The translations under genes were made by a program, and so were the position numbers. Below, piece after piece: positions 30,147-41,369 of a stretch of DNA of 64,000 nt. Numbering within the stretch: position 1 is the stretch's first letter; each line of letters starts with the position of its first letter. The notes under the pieces were generated by a model. That model was given only the letters and a program-made list of their open reading frames with translations, ran no database searches and had not been told where the DNA came from. This stretch comes from Nitrososphaeria archaeon (GTDB taxonomy: Archaea > Thermoproteota > Nitrososphaeria > JACIWG01). The stretch covers positions 96,001 to 160,000 of the forward strand of contig CAVVXT010000003.1 in the NCBI GenBank assembly GCA_963752255.1, written 5' to 3'.

Positions 30147-30860
30147 GTGAATATCGCCGCTGTTTCCTTTGACGTGTGGGACACCCTTCTAAGGCTCAAG
30201 CCTTTCTATTTTAGGATTGCTAATGAAATCGGCTTAGAGAACAATAATAGCCCAACTAAGGTCTACGAAGATATGTTGAAGAACTATGTGGTGTTAAAAG
30301 AATATAGAAGTAAGGGAATGCTAAGGTATGATGATATCGTTAACCATTGTTTGGAATTGTCATCAGAGAATTTAGGTATCGATATAGAACTTCTAAAAAG
30401 GTCAATAACGAGAGCCATCCTTAATGTTGAGCCAAATGAAATTCTTGTTAAAGAAGCGCCTCATATATTAAGTGAACTTAAATTTCAAGGGAAACAGATT
30501 GTAACGCTTGGGAATCTGATCTTCTGGCCTGGTTATTATAATAGGATTCTTTTAGAAAGAACTGGTTTAACTAAGTACTTTGACTCTCAGTTATATGCGG
30601 ATGAAATAAAATTCTCAAAACCTAGTAAAGAAATTTTTTCGAGGTTGTGTCATGTGTTAAGTCTTGAACCTCAGAGAATTGTTCACATAGGAGATAATAA
30701 GATAGAAGATTATGAAGGCGCATTAAATGTAGGCTTTTACGGAATCTGGGTTAATCCCTTATATAATAATAGTGTTGAAATCATGGATAAAAGTGCGATA
30801 GTGAATTCAATATCTCACATACCTAAAGTTGTTAAAATATTTGATGGGGATCCCATTTAA
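30147..30860 (+). CDS. HAD-family hydrolase
   Basis: FDVWDTL, SKP..EIF, HIGD...EDY.GA. Confidence 0.88.
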   Translation: MNIAAVSFDVWDTLLRLKPFYFRIANEIGLENNNSPTKVYEDMLKNYVVLKEYRSKGMLRYDDIVNHCLELSSENLGIDIELLKRSITRAILNVEPNEILVKEAPHILSELKFQGKQIVTLGNLIFWPGYYNRILLERTGLTKYFDSQLYADEIKFSKPSKEIFSRLCHVLSLEPQRIVHIGDNKIEDYEGALNVGFYGIWVNPLYNNSVEIMDKSAIVNSISHIPKVVKIFDGDPI

Positions 30861-30901
30861 TGTCCCAACCATATAATAATGTGGTTAATTCATGATATAT
30901 G

Positions 30902-31357
30902 TTAGTCAATTGATATTTCTGATATTATGGCTTCATTTAGTGCTATGATATCTTCTGTCCTTAATTCAAGAAGTTTTTCCCTTGTACCGCCCCCACAGAA
31001 TATGGTGTTATAATTCACTAGAGATTTGTCGATGATTGTTTTCATCTTTATCTTATGGCCGACCGAAGGAGTGGCGCCTGGAAGGAAACCGCTGATCTGT
31101 TCCGCTTGATCAAAGGGTACGAGCCGGACTTTCTTTACGCCTAGCAAAGAAGCAACGCGATCCAGATTAACTTTCTTATCACCGGGTACAATCAACAGTA
31201 TGTATTCTCCTGTATCCATTTTAGAAACCAGGTTCTTCGTAAGCCTATTTAATTCGAGCCCTGCAACCTTAGCCGCATCCGCTGTATGAATCGTCTCAGG
31301 TTTCTCAATAAATCGATGCCATATTTTCTTCTCTTTAAGAAATTCTTCAAGACTCAT
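30902..31357 (-). CDS. YbaK/EbsC aminoacyl-tRNA deacylase
   Basis: T..TA.AA, KNL, SGF.PG..P.VG, CGGG. Confidence 0.9.
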   Translation of the reverse strand: MSLEEFLKEKKIWHRFIEKPETIHTADAAKVAGLELNRLTKNLVSKMDTGEYILLIVPGDKKVNLDRVASLLGVKKVRLVPFDQAEQISGFLPGATPSVGHKIKMKTIIDKSLVNYNTIFCGGGTREKLLELRTEDIIALNEAIISEISID

Positions 31358-31484
31358 TGTTTTTCACCGAATATGCTCTAGTTTAAACGAGTTATGGTCG
31401 TCCTAATGGGTACTAAAAGATAGCGTCATGTTACTTATTCTATATTTTCACAAAAATCGAACTAAATTCGTTTAACATATTGTA

Positions 31485-31511
31485 TATCAAGCTTGATATC
31501 AAGCTTGAATA
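31485..31511. repeat. Palindromic motif copy C: TATCAAGCTTGATATCAAGCTTGAATA
   Basis: Perfect 22-bp palindrome at 31487-31508. Confidence 0.92.
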
Positions 31512-31655
31512 GGATAAATAGGAGGAAATAAAGGTGAACAGTTTAACCAATTCTATGTTTTTATGGTGATTCCAATAATAATTCCTAAATTTTCCATCAC
31601 CTTTTAAAAAAAGCTTATATGAGGCAAAAAGTTAGCGGTTAAACGTGATATATAC

Positions 31656-32537
31656 ATGTTAGAAAGCACAAAAGAAATGTTAGAGAAGGCGAAAGAGGAG
31701 AAATATGGTATCGGACTATTTGTTATTTTCAATTTGTCCTTTATTAAACCAGTAATTGAAGCCGCTGAAGAAGCACATTCTCCTGTAATGATTGGAGCTA
31801 CATATGGGCTCGCTGAGGCAAGTGGAGGTGAAAGCTTCCTAGCGCATATGAGGGTCGCCGCTGAAGAGGCTAAGATTCCTGTAACAGTTCACCTGGACCA
31901 TGGAAAAACCTTCGAGGAGGTGATGACATGTTTAAAGTACGGATGGACTTCTATGATGTTTGATGCCGCAAATAAGCCTCTAAAAGAGAATATCCAATTA
32001 ACACGTGAAGTGGCAAGGGCATGTCATGCTGCGGGAGTACCGATCGAAGCCGAGCTTGGTGAAATGCCTGTCGTGAAAGACCAAAACAAAGCTGAATTTC
32101 CAAAGGAAATGATGACGAAACCGGAAGAAGCAGAGATTTTTGTCAAGGAAACAGGAATCGATATATTAGCTATTTCTATTGGACAGATTCACCATTCTCC
32201 TCAGATGGAGAACGGTATGCACCCAGTGAAAAGAGTCGCAAAATTAGATTTTGAGAGGCTTAAAAAAATTAGAGAGGTTACAGGAAACACCTATTTGTGT
32301 ATGCACGCAGGTTCACATGTGCCTTTCGAAGCTTTGGAGAAAGCTATTTCCATGGGGATTGTTAAATTAAACATTGGCATGGCTTTGTCATCGGTTTGGA
32401 CAGACACCTTAAGAAAAACAATAATAGAAAACCCAAATGAAGCGATGGCGCATAAAATAGTGGAGCCTGCTGAAAAAGCGGTAAAAAAAGAAGTTGCCGA
32501 GTATCTAAAAGTTCTGGGATCAGCGGGTAAAGTATAA
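31656..32537 (+). CDS. fba: Class II fructose/tagatose-bisphosphate aldolase
   Basis: HLDHG, SMMFD, EAELG, LAISIGQIH, H.GS, K.NIG. Confidence 0.9.
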   Translation: MLESTKEMLEKAKEEKYGIGLFVIFNLSFIKPVIEAAEEAHSPVMIGATYGLAEASGGESFLAHMRVAAEEAKIPVTVHLDHGKTFEEVMTCLKYGWTSMMFDAANKPLKENIQLTREVARACHAAGVPIEAELGEMPVVKDQNKAEFPKEMMTKPEEAEIFVKETGIDILAISIGQIHHSPQMENGMHPVKRVAKLDFERLKKIREVTGNTYLCMHAGSHVPFEALEKAISMGIVKLNIGMALSSVWTDTLRKTIIENPNEAMAHKIVEPAEKAVKKEVAEYLKVLGSAGKV

Positions 32538-33099
32538 GATGTGCACCTAGCACTCATTTACCAAATAAAATTTGAAGGAGAATCTTTCTCCTTCTAGGCT
32601 TCCTACTTTTTTTGTTTCTTAGACATATTTATCTAAATTTATTAAATATCTAGTAAAAATAACAATTTCCCTAACATATTCGGGTATAATATTATTAAGT
32701 TTTCAAATGTTTCCTTATGGCCACAACTCAAACTCTACCATATTTATGATAAACCTACTGATAAATTCTATGTATATCGAGGCGTTAAAATTAAGGTCGT
32801 ACCTTCTCACAGTATTTTCAGAGTTTCTTCTCGATCGAGATTCAAGAATTTCACCGAACATAAATCTTCAAAGACATTCGAATGCTGGTATTCCTGTATT
32901 GTAAATCCCGCCTTGTTGAAAAACAGTTTTAATATCTTCACACCGTAGTCAAGCCATGTAGCATACCTCATGCACTTGAATTTAAATCAAAATCAAGGGA
33001 TTTTAAGTTTATTTATCAATTATAACGTGGATAACTTACATTTTGAATTTAACGTTCCCAATTGCAAGAGAAAGACGATATTAATAGTGATAGGTTCAT

Positions 33100-33333
33100 T
33101 TATCCTTCCATGACAATCATGGTCAACGTTGAAATAACATTATCAAGCCGTCTCGTTCTCCAAGTTATTACCTCCTTCAACTTGTCCATTGTTTCTGCTT
33201 CGACTTTTGCTATTACATCGTATGTGCCGTACACAACATAAGCTTCTTTTACTTCATTCATGCTCTTCAGTTCTTTCAATACTTCTTTTTCTGTTCCTGC
33301 TTCTGAATTGATCAACACAAATGCTATTTGCAT
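33100..33333 (-). CDS. Stand-alone Lrp/AsnC ligand-binding domain protein
   Basis: AFVLIN.E.G.E..V...L, V.EA..VYG.YD.IAKV. Confidence 0.9.
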   Translation of the reverse strand: MQIAFVLINSEAGTEKEVLKELKSMNEVKEAYVVYGTYDVIAKVEAETMDKLKEVITWRTRRLDNVISTLTMIVMEG

Positions 33334-33413
33334 CTTAATCCTTAAGTTATTAATATAAAAGAATATTAAACTTTTCTTTTTCTACTTAAAATATAAGATA
33401 AAGTAACAACCAT

Positions 33414-33580
33414 CTACTCCATTCTAGCCCATATTACAACATCTTCCGCATTCCAACTTACGAATATATCTTCCCCCTTCCTGAATTGGCTTCTTAGCGC
33501 CTGGGCGCGTGCCGAAATTTCAAATTTGTCTCCTATTGAGTTGTTACTACTAGCTAAGTGTGATATTGACCCTCGTAGAC
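33414..33580 (-). pseudogene. C-terminal relic resembling the TOBE domain of an ABC ATPase
   Basis: Manual translation ...GDKFEISARAQALRSQFRKGEDIFVSWNAEDVVIWARME*. Confidence 0.5.
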
Positions 33581-33630
33581 GAAAAAACAATTTTAGAGAA
33601 AAAAAGTATATTCAGTAAATTCTAAAGATA

Positions 33631-34270
33631 TTAAAATATAAGGCCACGATTTTCAAGGAAATACATAGTATAATCTGATAACTTTAAGGCTGCAAGAGAG
33701 AGGAATATCCCTCCAATTGTATCGGTCGGGAAATGAGCTCCTAGAATAATCCTGCTTAAAGCGAGTAGAAACACACGCACATAGGACAGATATCTAGCCA
33801 CTTTTGATTTGTTTGGAAGAATCAAGAGAGCCCCAAAAGCTCTTGAGACATGCCCAGAAGGATAGGAAGAATTATATCCTTTAAAAACATATTGAATTAC
33901 ATCTGAGGAATATTGGTATGGCCTTGGACGGTTCGTAACATTTTGGAAAAAATACGTCATAAGGGTTGTTAGCACCAAAAAGATTGCCAGTTCTAGTGCT
34001 TGAGGTTTTTTTTTCTTTAATTTTATGAATGAATATATTAAGTAAATGATTGTTAATGCCGTCCAGAACATAGAAGTCTCCGATATATGTTATTAAAGAA
34101 AATAACTGTATGCCAATTGTTCCTCTCAAAAAACCTTGGAGGTCTAAAACTATGGCAACTTCGAATCTGTTTAACGATAATAGAATGATTATTAAGCCTA
34201 ACCCTATCGTTATTAAAGTATAAATAAACGCTTGAGTTATCAGAATCTTAGAATCTTGTTTTTTAAGCAT
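33631..34270 (-). CDS. PAP2-family phosphatase, frameshifted near 34070
   Basis: RPRP, SYPSGH, SRI.LGAHFPTD. Confidence 0.85.
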
Positions 34271-34537
34271 AGCAGCCCTCCTATAAGAATCTAATCAAAC
34301 GTTTTGTTCGATGGTTTCTATAAAGACCATTAAATGAATTCAAAAATGAAAAATAATTCGATGACATGTGTGAAGATGAATGGGAGAAAAATACAGACAA
34401 AATGTCTCTCCTTAGCATATCTTCGAATGAATTAGAGGCAAATAAAAACATTAGCGAATGCTTATTAGGTAAGTAGATTTAATAGGACAGTTTTTTGTTA
34501 AAAAGTGCGGAATACTATCAGCAGACGATGGAAATTT

Positions 34538-35243
34538 CTAGGATGTACCCTGCTTTTCTTTATCAAAATAGTTTGCGATTTCTTGCCGAATCTGTTTTAT
34601 TGTTTTACCCTCTATAGATAAACCTAAGCCTTTTGCAGCCACAAGTGTGGCTTTTATCTGGGCATTCTTCTGCTCTTTACGAACTCTCCTAGGCCGCAAA
34701 ACATCAGTCTGAATCCTGAACAAGACCATAATGAAACCGACTGCGATTAGAAGAGGACCTATAATAAGGGCAAATATTGAAGGTCCATGTTTTTCTTCAA
34801 CTAGGTCAAGAGACAATAGCATTATTGTGGCCTTACCTGTTTCAGATCTTATGAATACGAAATGATAAATATCGTCTTTATCAAACTTGTAAGAGAAAGT
34901 ACCATTTGAAGACATTTCCTTCGTATAAAAAAAAGCCACACCATTACCGTTTAGAGACCAACTCTTAAACTCATTACTATCGAATCCTAGACACGATGAT
35001 GCTTCCGTTTACAACAGTAAAGTTTCCGACAACACTGAGTCCTTTATGGATATTAAATTGAAGATTAAGGCTGGAAGTGTTAATATTATACACACTTCCT
35101 GGAGGTATTAACGCAGAAGAGTTGTATGTAGTTTGTGAGAGACCTACTACGTCTGCAAATTGATTGAAATATTGAGAGGGGATTAAAACAAGAATGCCTC
35201 CGATAAGTAGTAATATTAAACCGAGTGTAAGAAGCTTTCTCAT
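34538..35243 (-). CDS. Hypothetical membrane protein, frameshifted near 34990
   Basis: N-terminal TM ORF continues in the shifted frame LGFDSNEFKSW...AFFYTK to a second TM helix. Confidence 0.6.
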
Positions 35244-35320
35244 ACTTTGGCGATAACCGAGAACGGTTATTAAGTATTATGGTGAAATAGTAGTCTTAAG
35301 ATCGCACTTTATTAATTCAC

Positions 35321-36178
35321 TTATTTTGAAGTATCTTGCTGATTGTTGGTAGTCTTCTTACCAGCTGCGTTGAAGCTCTCAATATCCTTCCAAGCATCTT
35401 CGGAAATCAGTTTGTTCAGGCGTTCCTCTTCAACAGGTGCACCAAATTCTTTCTCTAACCGCGCCTTTAAATCTGGTGACTGTGCCATTTGAACAAGGAA
35501 TATGTACATCTCCATGTTATATGCAAATGTGCTTTCGAAATAGAGCCTAAGAACGGCTCTAGCCAGTTCTTTATCCTCAAAATTATTTGATGCCTTTTCA
35601 ATCACTTTTTCAACATTTTTCTTCTGTTCACCGATGAACTCTTCGAATATTCCTTCGATTTCGACACTAAATATGTTTTTTTCTCTAATGAAAGAGATAA
35701 GGTTCTTTATTTCTTCCTGGTATTGATCAAGATATAAAAGAATTAAGTAATCGGAATATTCAGGATTTCCAACCATATAGTTTAATGTAAATAAAAAGTT
35801 GTGTCTAAGAGAGTTAAATTTATTAGCAAGAATCTCCTTTGTAGTGCTTTTCTCAATCAATCTAAATAAATTAGCCGATTGATTTTTCTTGTCCAAGAAT
35901 TTCTGGAAGACAGAAAAAAGGTAGCCATGAGGAAAATTAGTTATATCAATGTTAGTATTCAATTCATAATATGTCGAAGGTGGGTGCGTTCCAGGGTCAA
36001 CCTTTCTCTTAACAATGCCTTTATCTGTAAGATCTTTGAGCCTATCACTAAGGGTTCTAGAGCTGATATCAGTTAATTTCTTCAATTCCTGCCACCGCAA
36101 ACTGCCCCTACTTAGAAGTAGATTCAGAATTTTAGTTGTCGTTATAACCTTCTGAACATCTTGCATCTTTTCTTTCAT
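35321..36178 (-). CDS. HxlR-like winged-HTH protein with long C-terminal extension
   Basis: LRW.ELK..T.ISSRTLSDRLK.L...GIV.R......PP...YEL. Confidence 0.8.
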   Translation of the reverse strand: MKEKMQDVQKVITTTKILNLLLSRGSLRWQELKKLTDISSRTLSDRLKDLTDKGIVKRKVDPGTHPPSTYYELNTNIDITNFPHGYLFSVFQKFLDKKNQSANLFRLIEKSTTKEILANKFNSLRHNFLFTLNYMVGNPEYSDYLILLYLDQYQEEIKNLISFIREKNIFSVEIEGIFEEFIGEQKKNVEKVIEKASNNFEDKELARAVLRLYFESTFAYNMEMYIFLVQMAQSPDLKARLEKEFGAPVEEERLNKLISEDAWKDIESFNAAGKKTTNNQQDTSK

Positions 36179-36373
36179 GTCAATCCAACATTAAGTTTAG
36201 GGGACATTGATAATAAACTTTCTGTTTACCAATTTTTATTGCAATAATATCACTTTATAAAATATAGCTAAAATATGGCACGTTACATTTAAAATAGCAG
36301 AGATATAAAAGTTAAAATATTATATTTGGCAATAAAATTTGGAAATCATAAAGAAAAAAAGATGATTTTATTA

Positions 36374-37717
36374 TCATGACACTAGAACGACGAAAGATAA
36401 TGAGTATGTATTTGTGCCATCGCTTAGTTCTAAGCCTAAAGTATATGAAACGCTGGGAATAAAGGTGCCGTTTGCCCATGTGAACCAAAGTGTCTTGGTT
36501 TCTCCAGGGTTAATAATGGTGCTTTGTGGAAGTGGATTTGATCCCCCTGGTGAAGGTGTAATTGATGTTATCTTTTCCTGGGTTATCTTTGAGAAACCAG
36601 TGTTCTTTATGTTCAGGATCAAGTTGTTTCCAGTAGTGTATTCACCGTCGATTTCTGCTCTGAACTGACTGCCGCTTCCAGTTAATTTACACGAAAAGTC
36701 ATATGCCTGTTGAGTCTGAGCCCAACCTACAGATAATTTAATGTTGTAAGTTTCGGCAGGGTCAAATGTAATTGGTTTACCGTATATGTCCTTGAGATCG
36801 TAGGAGAATTTGACAGCCGCACCTGGATTGATACCACCAAGTAGTTGAATCTGTCCACTTGGTAAATTTGCACCCTTTGGTCTCGGTTCAATATCAACTA
36901 CTTCAATCCAATTTATCGGTAGAGAACCCGTGTTTCTTACATCAGTGTAAAGTCTGTCACCGATAACATATGCATTCTCCACTCGACATTTAAGTAGAAT
37001 CGAAATAATGCCCTCGTGTTCCTTTCTTATTTCACTATAGTCCTTAGAAAGTTTCAAGTAATTCTCCTTTATTGAATCAATATTGGTTGTCAGTTTGTTG
37101 TATTTATCTCGAGATGATTTTACCTCTGAGTTTATTCCTGTAAAATATGTTGTAAGCTGACTACTCTTCAAGACACGGTCTTCAAGAAAATACGCTATAA
37201 AGAAAATTATTCCTACAAGAATTACGACAAAAACTCCATAGCCTATCATAACTATAGAAAATACGCCTTTTTCGATAAGAGGTTGAAGCGAACCACTTTG
37301 ACTTCCGGCTTCAGAGATAAGTTCCGATCTTACCGAATCAACGCCGAGTATCCACAGAAGACCTGTCATAATGCTAAAGAGACCTGCGAATAATGATATT
37401 TTTCTGTAAGCTATAGATAGAATACCCAATATTATTGAAGTGAAGTAAAGAAAAGTTGCGGCTATCATTGTTCTCATCATCAATAAAATCTGAATCAAAG
37501 TATTAAGGAAAATGCCCATGTTAGTCGCAGGAAATGAAATAGAGTTGTTAATGATTATTCCAAATATATTAGCCAACATCAGGTTATATTGATCATTAGT
37601 TGTATTAATAGGCAAGCTCGTACTCGTGCTAAACAAGCTAATACTGAGCCAAGGCATGGGGGAAGCAAGTATCAGCACTAATAACCCTAATCCAGCTACA
37701 ATACTAAAAGTTTTCAT
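36374..37717 (-). CDS. Membrane protein: 4 TM + coiled coil + two Ig/pilin-like beta domains
   Basis: Hydrophobic N-half, heptad region, two VRNTGS/IKNTGF...INPG repeats. Confidence 0.65.
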   Translation of the reverse strand: MKTFSIVAGLGLLVLILASPMPWLSISLFSTSTSLPINTTNDQYNLMLANIFGIIINNSISFPATNMGIFLNTLIQILLMMRTMIAATFLYFTSIILGILSIAYRKISLFAGLFSIMTGLLWILGVDSVRSELISEAGSQSGSLQPLIEKGVFSIVMIGYGVFVVILVGIIFFIAYFLEDRVLKSSQLTTYFTGINSEVKSSRDKYNKLTTNIDSIKENYLKLSKDYSEIRKEHEGIISILLKCRVENAYVIGDRLYTDVRNTGSLPINWIEVVDIEPRPKGANLPSGQIQLLGGINPGAAVKFSYDLKDIYGKPITFDPAETYNIKLSVGWAQTQQAYDFSCKLTGSGSQFRAEIDGEYTTGNNLILNIKNTGFSKITQEKITSITPSPGGSNPLPQSTIINPGETKTLWFTWANGTFIPSVSYTLGLELSDGTNTYSLSFVVLVS

Positions 37718-37921
37718 TGTTACTATTTGTTAAGATTCCGTTATTTAACGATTACGGAGCAAATATTTTTTCTAAGGATTGACACGTTAGTACTTCGAAG
37801 CTTTAATGTTATGGTAAACAAAGTTTACCCTACATTAAAATATCTGGCTCAAAAATTTGAGCAGTTTAGAGTAAATAAAGTGTGCCCTATTTTTAATTTT
37901 GTATATAGTAACAGAGACCTA

Positions 37922-38614
37922 TTATTTTATTTTTAAGACATTAAGTCCTTCAATGATTCTTTGTACCGTTTCCTCAGGAGGACTGTTCATCCAAACATCA
38001 ACAAAGGGGATCTTAACTTCCTTCTTATTCATATAGTATTCAATAATAGGTTTACTCTGTTTTTCATAGACATTTAATCGTTCTTCTATCACCTTTGGAT
38101 TATCATCGTTTCTCTGAATAAGAGGTGAACCGCATTTATCACATATCATATTTTTGCGAGGCAGCAGGGGTGGTAAAACATAATTTACGCCGTTAATAGT
38201 TTTTTTAATGTCTGCGATATTGTAATTGCCATCACACTTTGGATTAGAGCATATTCTTCTCGCCGAAATCTTTTCGACTAAAATTTCGCTTGGGGCGTTA
38301 ATTCTTATTATAGCATCAATCTTTGCAATTTTATCTAGCGCTTCAGCTTGTCTTAAGGTTCTAGGGAAACCATCTAAAATAAAATTATCCAAGTTACGAA
38401 GTTTCTTTTGAATTACTTCTATCACTATATCGTCTGGAACAAGCTTTCCCTCCCTTAGGAGATTCTCAATCTTCTTACCCAATGTTGAACCCTTCTTTAT
38501 TTCTTTCCTAAAGATGTCGCCAGTGGAAATCTTTTCTAAACGAAATTTCTCCTTAAGCCTAATGGAGTACGTGCCTTTACCTGAACCAGGGGGTCCTAAA
38601 ATTATCAACTTCAT
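37922..38614 (-). CDS. adk: Adenylate kinase (bacterial-type, Zn-lid)
   Basis: GPPGSGKGT, STGDIFR, DGFPRT..QA, RR.C...CDKCG..L.QR.DD. Confidence 0.93.
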   Translation of the reverse strand: MKLIILGPPGSGKGTYSIRLKEKFRLEKISTGDIFRKEIKKGSTLGKKIENLLREGKLVPDDIVIEVIQKKLRNLDNFILDGFPRTLRQAEALDKIAKIDAIIRINAPSEILVEKISARRICSNPKCDGNYNIADIKKTINGVNYVLPPLLPRKNMICDKCGSPLIQRNDDNPKVIEERLNVYEKQSKPIIEYYMNKKEVKIPFVDVWMNSPPEETVQRIIEGLNVLKIK

Positions 38615-38714
38615 ATTATTCGCTCACATACTCCTACAGTAAATATTTTAAACTTTTTCTACAGCAAAAATTGCTTTAAAAATATTTAACTAAGAATATT
38701 GCTTGCTATTAACA

Positions 38715-40211
38715 ATGCATCGGGAACAAACGGTAGATGAGCAGATAAATATTTTCTTTGATCCAAAGTCAGTAGCTGTAGTAGGTGCTTCACGGAAAGT
38801 AAACAAGGCAGGTTATGTGATATTTAAGAACTTTGCTGAGAATAAGAGAACCGGTTTATTCAAAGGAGAACTCTATCCGATTAACCCTAACGAAGATACT
38901 ATTCTAGGATACAAATGTTACCCGACGTTAACAAAAGTTCCGATTGATGAAATAGAACTTGTCGTAGTAATTGTTCCAGCAGCCGCCGTCCCTGAGGTTA
39001 TGGAGGATGCGTCACAAAAGAAATCAAAAGCGGCTATAATAATAACAAGCGGTTTTGGCGAAACAGGAAATCACGAACTTGAGAGCCGTATCAAAGAGAT
39101 CTGTCTCAAATCTGGGATACGAGTCTTGGGACCTAACTGCCTTGGCGTTTACGATCCTCTAACAGGTATAGATACTCTCTTCTTGCCGGAGACAAAGGTT
39201 CTTATTTCTGGAGAAGAAGTAATCGCGACACCTCGTCCGATTCCCGGTGAGATAGCTGTAGTAACGCAAAGTGGTGCATTTGGTGCAGCCACCCTAGATT
39301 ATCTTGCGGGTAGACAATTGGGGATCAGTAAGTTTGTTAGCTTCGGCAACAGACTAGATTTGGATGAATCAGATTTGCTACAATACTTTTTTAAAGATGA
39401 AACAACAAAAGGCATATTAGTCTATCTTGAGGGAATTAAAGATGGAAAAAGGTTCATGGAAATCTCCCAAAAAGTAACCGAGATCAAACCTGTAGTCGTG
39501 CTTAAGACTGGGAGGACTAATGCGGGAGCTAAAGCAGCAATGTCACACACAGGATCAATGGCCGGAGCAGACGACATATATAATACTGTTTTTTTGCAAA
39601 CTGGTATAATTAGAGCAAGCGATATGAATGAATTTTTTGATAACTGCAAGGCCTTGGTGTTCCAGCCCCCTGCATCTGGCAACAATATAGCTATAATTAC
39701 AGATGCCGGTGGACCCGGCATAATGGCTGCGGATGAATGTGAGTTTAAGGGACTAAGAATTGGAGAACTTTCCAGAGAAGGTGTAAAAGCGTTGGAGGAA
39801 ATGCGTCAAAGAAAAGAAATTCCTGAATACGCAAGCATTTCAAATCCAATCGATCTAACCGGCTCTGTTACAACTGACATGTTCGTTAATGTAACAAAAA
39901 TAATATTAGAGGACTCTGCTGTTAACGGAATTATAATACTCGGACTACATCACGTCCCTGGTCTGCAAGAAGATTTTATCGATAGAGTCGCCAATTTAAC
40001 AAAATATTACACTAAACCAATAGTATTTTGCGATATTGGCGAAACCGAAATGGCACTTTATGTTCGCTCAAAATTTGAAAAATTTGGCATTCCAGCTTAC
40101 GCATCCCCTGAGGATGCAGCTCGAGCTATGGCTTCCCTTTATAATTACGGTCTATACCTTTTAAAACAAAACAAATTTAATGATTTTCTAAATAAATTCA
40201 TGAAGAAATGA
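38715..40211 (+). CDS. acdA: ADP-forming acetyl-CoA synthetase alpha subunit
   Basis: P.SVAVVGAS, GPNCLG, QSGA, SHTGS.AG, GGPG, NP.DL.G. Confidence 0.9.
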   Translation: MHREQTVDEQINIFFDPKSVAVVGASRKVNKAGYVIFKNFAENKRTGLFKGELYPINPNEDTILGYKCYPTLTKVPIDEIELVVVIVPAAAVPEVMEDASQKKSKAAIIITSGFGETGNHELESRIKEICLKSGIRVLGPNCLGVYDPLTGIDTLFLPETKVLISGEEVIATPRPIPGEIAVVTQSGAFGAATLDYLAGRQLGISKFVSFGNRLDLDESDLLQYFFKDETTKGILVYLEGIKDGKRFMEISQKVTEIKPVVVLKTGRTNAGAKAAMSHTGSMAGADDIYNTVFLQTGIIRASDMNEFFDNCKALVFQPPASGNNIAIITDAGGPGIMAADECEFKGLRIGELSREGVKALEEMRQRKEIPEYASISNPIDLTGSVTTDMFVNVTKIILEDSAVNGIIILGLHHVPGLQEDFIDRVANLTKYYTKPIVFCDIGETEMALYVRSKFEKFGIPAYASPEDAARAMASLYNYGLYLLKQNKFNDFLNKFMKK

Positions 40212-40581
40212 AGAGTTTTAGATTTCAATAACTAGCCTTGACTGAGTTAAATGATAACATATATAGCTCTTTTCGTTACAATTAATACTTACTACATAAT
40301 AGCCAAATATATTAAAAACAACTGATTTTTTCTTATTAGTTATAAGTTCGGTGTAAATATGAAGTATTAAATTATTGTTAATCAATTACTGTGGGAATAC
40401 CAGCTTTATTGTATAACTTTTTGTGATTAGTGTATAAAAGTTATTTCAAACTAGTATTATGTTTTACCAGCTACGGATTTTGCAGTAGTTTTTAATCCGA
40501 ATAAGATCTATTTGACGGTAAAAAAATAGTCAATTATTTATACAGAAACGTTTAAAAAACTTAATGACACAATAATAAACT

Positions 40582-41326
40582 ATGACAGAGAAGAAAGAAA
40601 ATAAAAAGGACATAGGTCAAATGACTAATGTTGAAATAATGCAAGAACTCAGAAAGTTTGATACTGCCACCATATGTAACGTCGTTGCAACATACCCGGG
40701 AAGTGATATTTGCTTAAAATTATATGATGCATGGTATGGAGAATATTACACCGATCTGAATCTCCATTGCATGTATCCAGACCTTGGCCCACTTTGTGGC
40801 TATGCGGCGACTGCTTGGTATTCCCAAACATCAGCGGATTATACTAAATTAGATGAATGGTTATTGTATGATCATCTGGACTTGAGTAATAAACCAATAA
40901 TTCTAGTGTACCAAACAAACATACCCTCCTGAACTAGTTGATTCGTCAGGCCTTTTTGGGGGAAATATGACTTCCCAGTTTAAAGCAATGAAAGTCATCG
41001 GTATTGTCACAGACGGTCCCATGAGAGATTATGAAGAAATAAAAGAGATGAAAGTACAATATCTTGCAAAAGGACTTACTTCTGGACATGGCCCACTAAT
41101 GTTGAGAGGAGCGAACATACCGATTAAGGTCGCTGGAATGTCTGTCTCACCAGGCGATATAATACATATGGATATCTGTGGAGCTGCAAAGTTCCCAGAA
41201 AAATATCTTCAAAAAGTATTAGAATATGCTATTGAACTCCGAGATAGAGAGGTCAAACACCAAAGCATGTTCCAAGACCCTAATTTTAATTATAAAAAAT
41301 GGAAGGAGAGCTCCAAGAAATACTGA
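40582..41326 (+). CDS. RraA/HMG-aldolase family protein, frameshifted near 40920
   Basis: FDTATICN, GYA.TA; shifted frame FGG.M...VTDG..RD..E, V.PGD..H.D. Confidence 0.85.
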
Positions 41327-41369
41327 GTCTATTTCCCTCTATTTGGAGAAACGATCTTGATACACTGAG

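Noticed and set aside
31485-31511. Motif as cloning-vector polylinker (HindIII-EcoRV AAGCTTGATATC)
   Set aside because: No adjacent EcoRI/ClaI polylinker sequence; the copies differ from each other and are all intergenic.
18654-31511. Motif as a CRISPR repeat
   Set aside because: Copies are kilobases apart with no spacer periodicity, and no cas genes are present.
40413-40444. loxP-like inverted repeat ATAACTTTT-N14-AAAAGTTAT
   Set aside because: Single copy in very AT-rich DNA, inner arms do not pair, and no recombinase is nearby.
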